Virus record (IMG/VR): IMGVR_UViG_2795385844_000002
Span: 1-64,000 of that record
Source of the DNA: a virus
Lineage: Duplodnaviria; Heunggongvirae; Uroviricota; Caudoviricetes
DNA length: 64,000 nucleotides
Strand: one strand, 5' to 3'
Shown here: positions 62,702 through 64,000 of the stretch, in pieces
Layout: each line of letters opens with the position of its first letter
How positions within the stretch are numbered: position 1 is the stretch's first letter
Notes under the pieces: generated by a model
The model's database searches: none
What the model was told of the DNA's origin: nothing
Seen by the model: only the letters and a program-made list of their open reading frames with translations
Position numbers and translations under genes: made by a program

Positions 62702-63844
62702 TCAGGCGACAGTGATGGTGTAGTTGTCCGTAACCGAACCGATAGTCGCGGTGATCTTGGCGGTACCTGCGGCCACACCGGTCACGACGCCGTTCGCGTC
62801 AACGGTCGCCTTGGCAGGGGTGTCCGAGACCCAAGTGACCATCGAGTCACCGGCACGGTTGTCTAGGTTGGAATCAACCAACGAGAGCGCGCGAGTCGCA
62901 CCTACAGCCACATCGCCCTTGTTGCCGATGGCAACCGACGTTGCGGCGAGCTGGATACGAGCTGCGCGGACAAACCCGGGATCGGGATCAACCACGGCCT
63001 TGTATCCGGCCCAGGTGTCGACCAACGAACGGTCAGTAGTGATCTGCGAGTCGTAGTCACCCAGCCAACGCAGGCCAATTCCATTCTCGGAACCAACAGT
63101 CGACACAGCGACGTTGTTGGAGAACGGCTTACCAGGTGCGCGGGTAACCAGCACGAAGGCAGTTGGGTGGAACAGGAACGCCGCACCGTGAGGGATGGTG
63201 TCCACCACAACCACGTCATATCCGGCCAGACGACCGATACGGGCGTTGGTCAGGCGGTCAGCACCGGCCTGTCCTGCCGAGTCGTAGCGCACGAAACGGT
63301 CATCAAGAAGCAGGGCCTCTTCGACAGCCGATCCGACAAGAAGGACGCGTCCCTCACGGGGAACGAAAGCGTCATTGAGCTGACGACGGGCGTGGATCAC
63401 CGCGTTGTAGATCGCATCCGCCGCAGCGGTGTGCACCTGCTGGTACGGAGCGTCAACAATGGTGGTCGCGACACCGGCCTCGAGCTTCTCGCTGACAGAG
63501 CGAACCTGACGCGGAAGAACATCCACAGCGAAGCTGCGAACGTCAAGCTCGCGCTCCTCATCGGTCAGAGCGATCAGGTTGTACACCACGTCGTTCAGAC
63601 GGACGTCGACCGAGGTCTCAGTCAGGTCGCTGACCTGCATAAGACGGTCCTGCCCAGTCGCGCGCAGCTTGCGCGTGTGAGCGATGGTTGGCTGCGGGAT
63701 GCGGATGGTGATGGTGTCGTTGTACTTGCCACCGAAGTCACCAAGGCCGTCCTTCCACACAAAGTGTGGGAGAACAAGATCCGACTGCAGCATGCCGAGG
63801 ATCGTGTTAATGATCACGGTCGGCTTCAGGAATGCGTTAGCCAT
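62702..63844 (-). CDS. major capsid protein (HK97 fold) with C-terminal Ig-like (Big_2) domain
   Basis: MANAFLKPTVIINTILG...; C-terminal ...VTGVAAGTAKITATIGSVTDNYTITVA Big_2 repeat. Confidence 0.85.
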   Translation of the reverse strand: MANAFLKPTVIINTILGMLQSDLVLPHFVWKDGLGDFGGKYNDTITIRIPQPTIAHTRKLRATGQDRLMQVSDLTETSVDVRLNDVVYNLIALTDEERELDVRSFAVDVLPRQVRSVSEKLEAGVATTIVDAPYQQVHTAAADAIYNAVIHARRQLNDAFVPREGRVLLVGSAVEEALLLDDRFVRYDSAGQAGADRLTNARIGRLAGYDVVVVDTIPHGAAFLFHPTAFVLVTRAPGKPFSNNVAVSTVGSENGIGLRWLGDYDSQITTDRSLVDTWAGYKAVVDPDPGFVRAARIQLAATSVAIGNKGDVAVGATRALSLVDSNLDNRAGDSMVTWVSDTPAKATVDANGVVTGVAAGTAKITATIGSVTDNYTITVA

Positions 63845-63881
63845 AAGCTACGAAATGTCCTTGGATTAAAGGGAAACCGGG

Positions 63882-64000
63882 TTAGCGTCGAGTGGTGAGC
63901 CCACCGCGCTCGCGGTCCTGCTTGATCTGATCGAGGATCGATGCGGTCATCGCCTCGTCCGAGTCCTCACTGGACCCGCCTCCACCACTCTGACCCTTAC
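63882..64000 (-). CDS. scaffolding protein, C-terminal fragment (continues beyond window)
   Basis: Open frame ending ...GQSGGGGSSEDSDEAMTASILDQIKQDRERGGLTTRR* just upstream of the MCP. Confidence 0.45.
   Translation of the reverse strand, partial: KGQSGGGGSSEDSDEAMTASILDQIKQDRERGGLTTRR

Noticed and set aside
1-64000. CRISPR arrays or long direct repeats
   Set aside because: No spaced arrays of 25-40 bp repeats were seen; the only tandem repeats are short GC-rich codon-level repeats inside Gly/Pro-rich structural genes.

Overview
This 64 kb window looks like part of a high-GC actinobacteriophage genome of the Mycobacterium/Gordonia siphovirus type, in the reverse-complement of the conventional orientation. 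Genes run on the plus strand from 1 to 6983 (small early genes, then a large serine integrase with a candidate attP just upstream), on the minus strand from 7067 to 35346, on the plus strand again from 35743 to 41112, and on the minus strand from 41201 to 64000. The minus block 7067..35346 holds a metallophosphoesterase, PTH2, an ArfB-like GGQ protein, a minus-strand array of more than 20 tRNAs, several HNH and EndoVII nucleases, a DnaQ-like exonuclease, three tandem paralogs, two WhiB-like proteins, DnaB, SSB, ClpP-like protease, a Cas4-like exonuclease and ERF. The plus block 35743..41112 holds a nucleotidyltransferase operon and membrane/secreted proteins. The minus block 41201..64000 holds NrdH, LysB, holin, LysA, the minor tail genes, a 1912-aa tape measure protein, the tail assembly chaperones with a -1 frameshift, the major tail protein, head-tail connectors, the major capsid protein and a partial scaffold gene.

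The most striking element is a phage-encoded tmRNA (ssrA, about 354 nt, minus strand 16749..17102). It has a GGGGCUG 5' end, a G3:U70 and A73 alanine-identity acceptor, and a tag reading frame encoding AASAQSDYALAA followed by a stop. It sits inside the tRNA array and close to genes for an ArfB-like GGQ release-factor domain protein and a PTH2 peptidyl-tRNA hydrolase, so together they look like a translation-rescue and decoding module.

Secondary observations: a roughly 15-bp asymmetric motif (T/C)ACCCACATGA(A/T)CC occurs at least 8 times and repeatedly supplies the ATG of ORFs that begin MNP or MIP; a second conserved 16-mer (ACACGGAAGGGATAC) sits just upstream of six start codons, two of them preceded by a palindromic operator-like site; one tRNA has an 8-nt anticodon loop; there are several non-canonical or degenerate tRNA-like elements; and the tail assembly chaperone has a canonical -1 frameshift arrangement. 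All coordinates were read by eye from the sequence; tRNA ends may be off by 1-2 nt.
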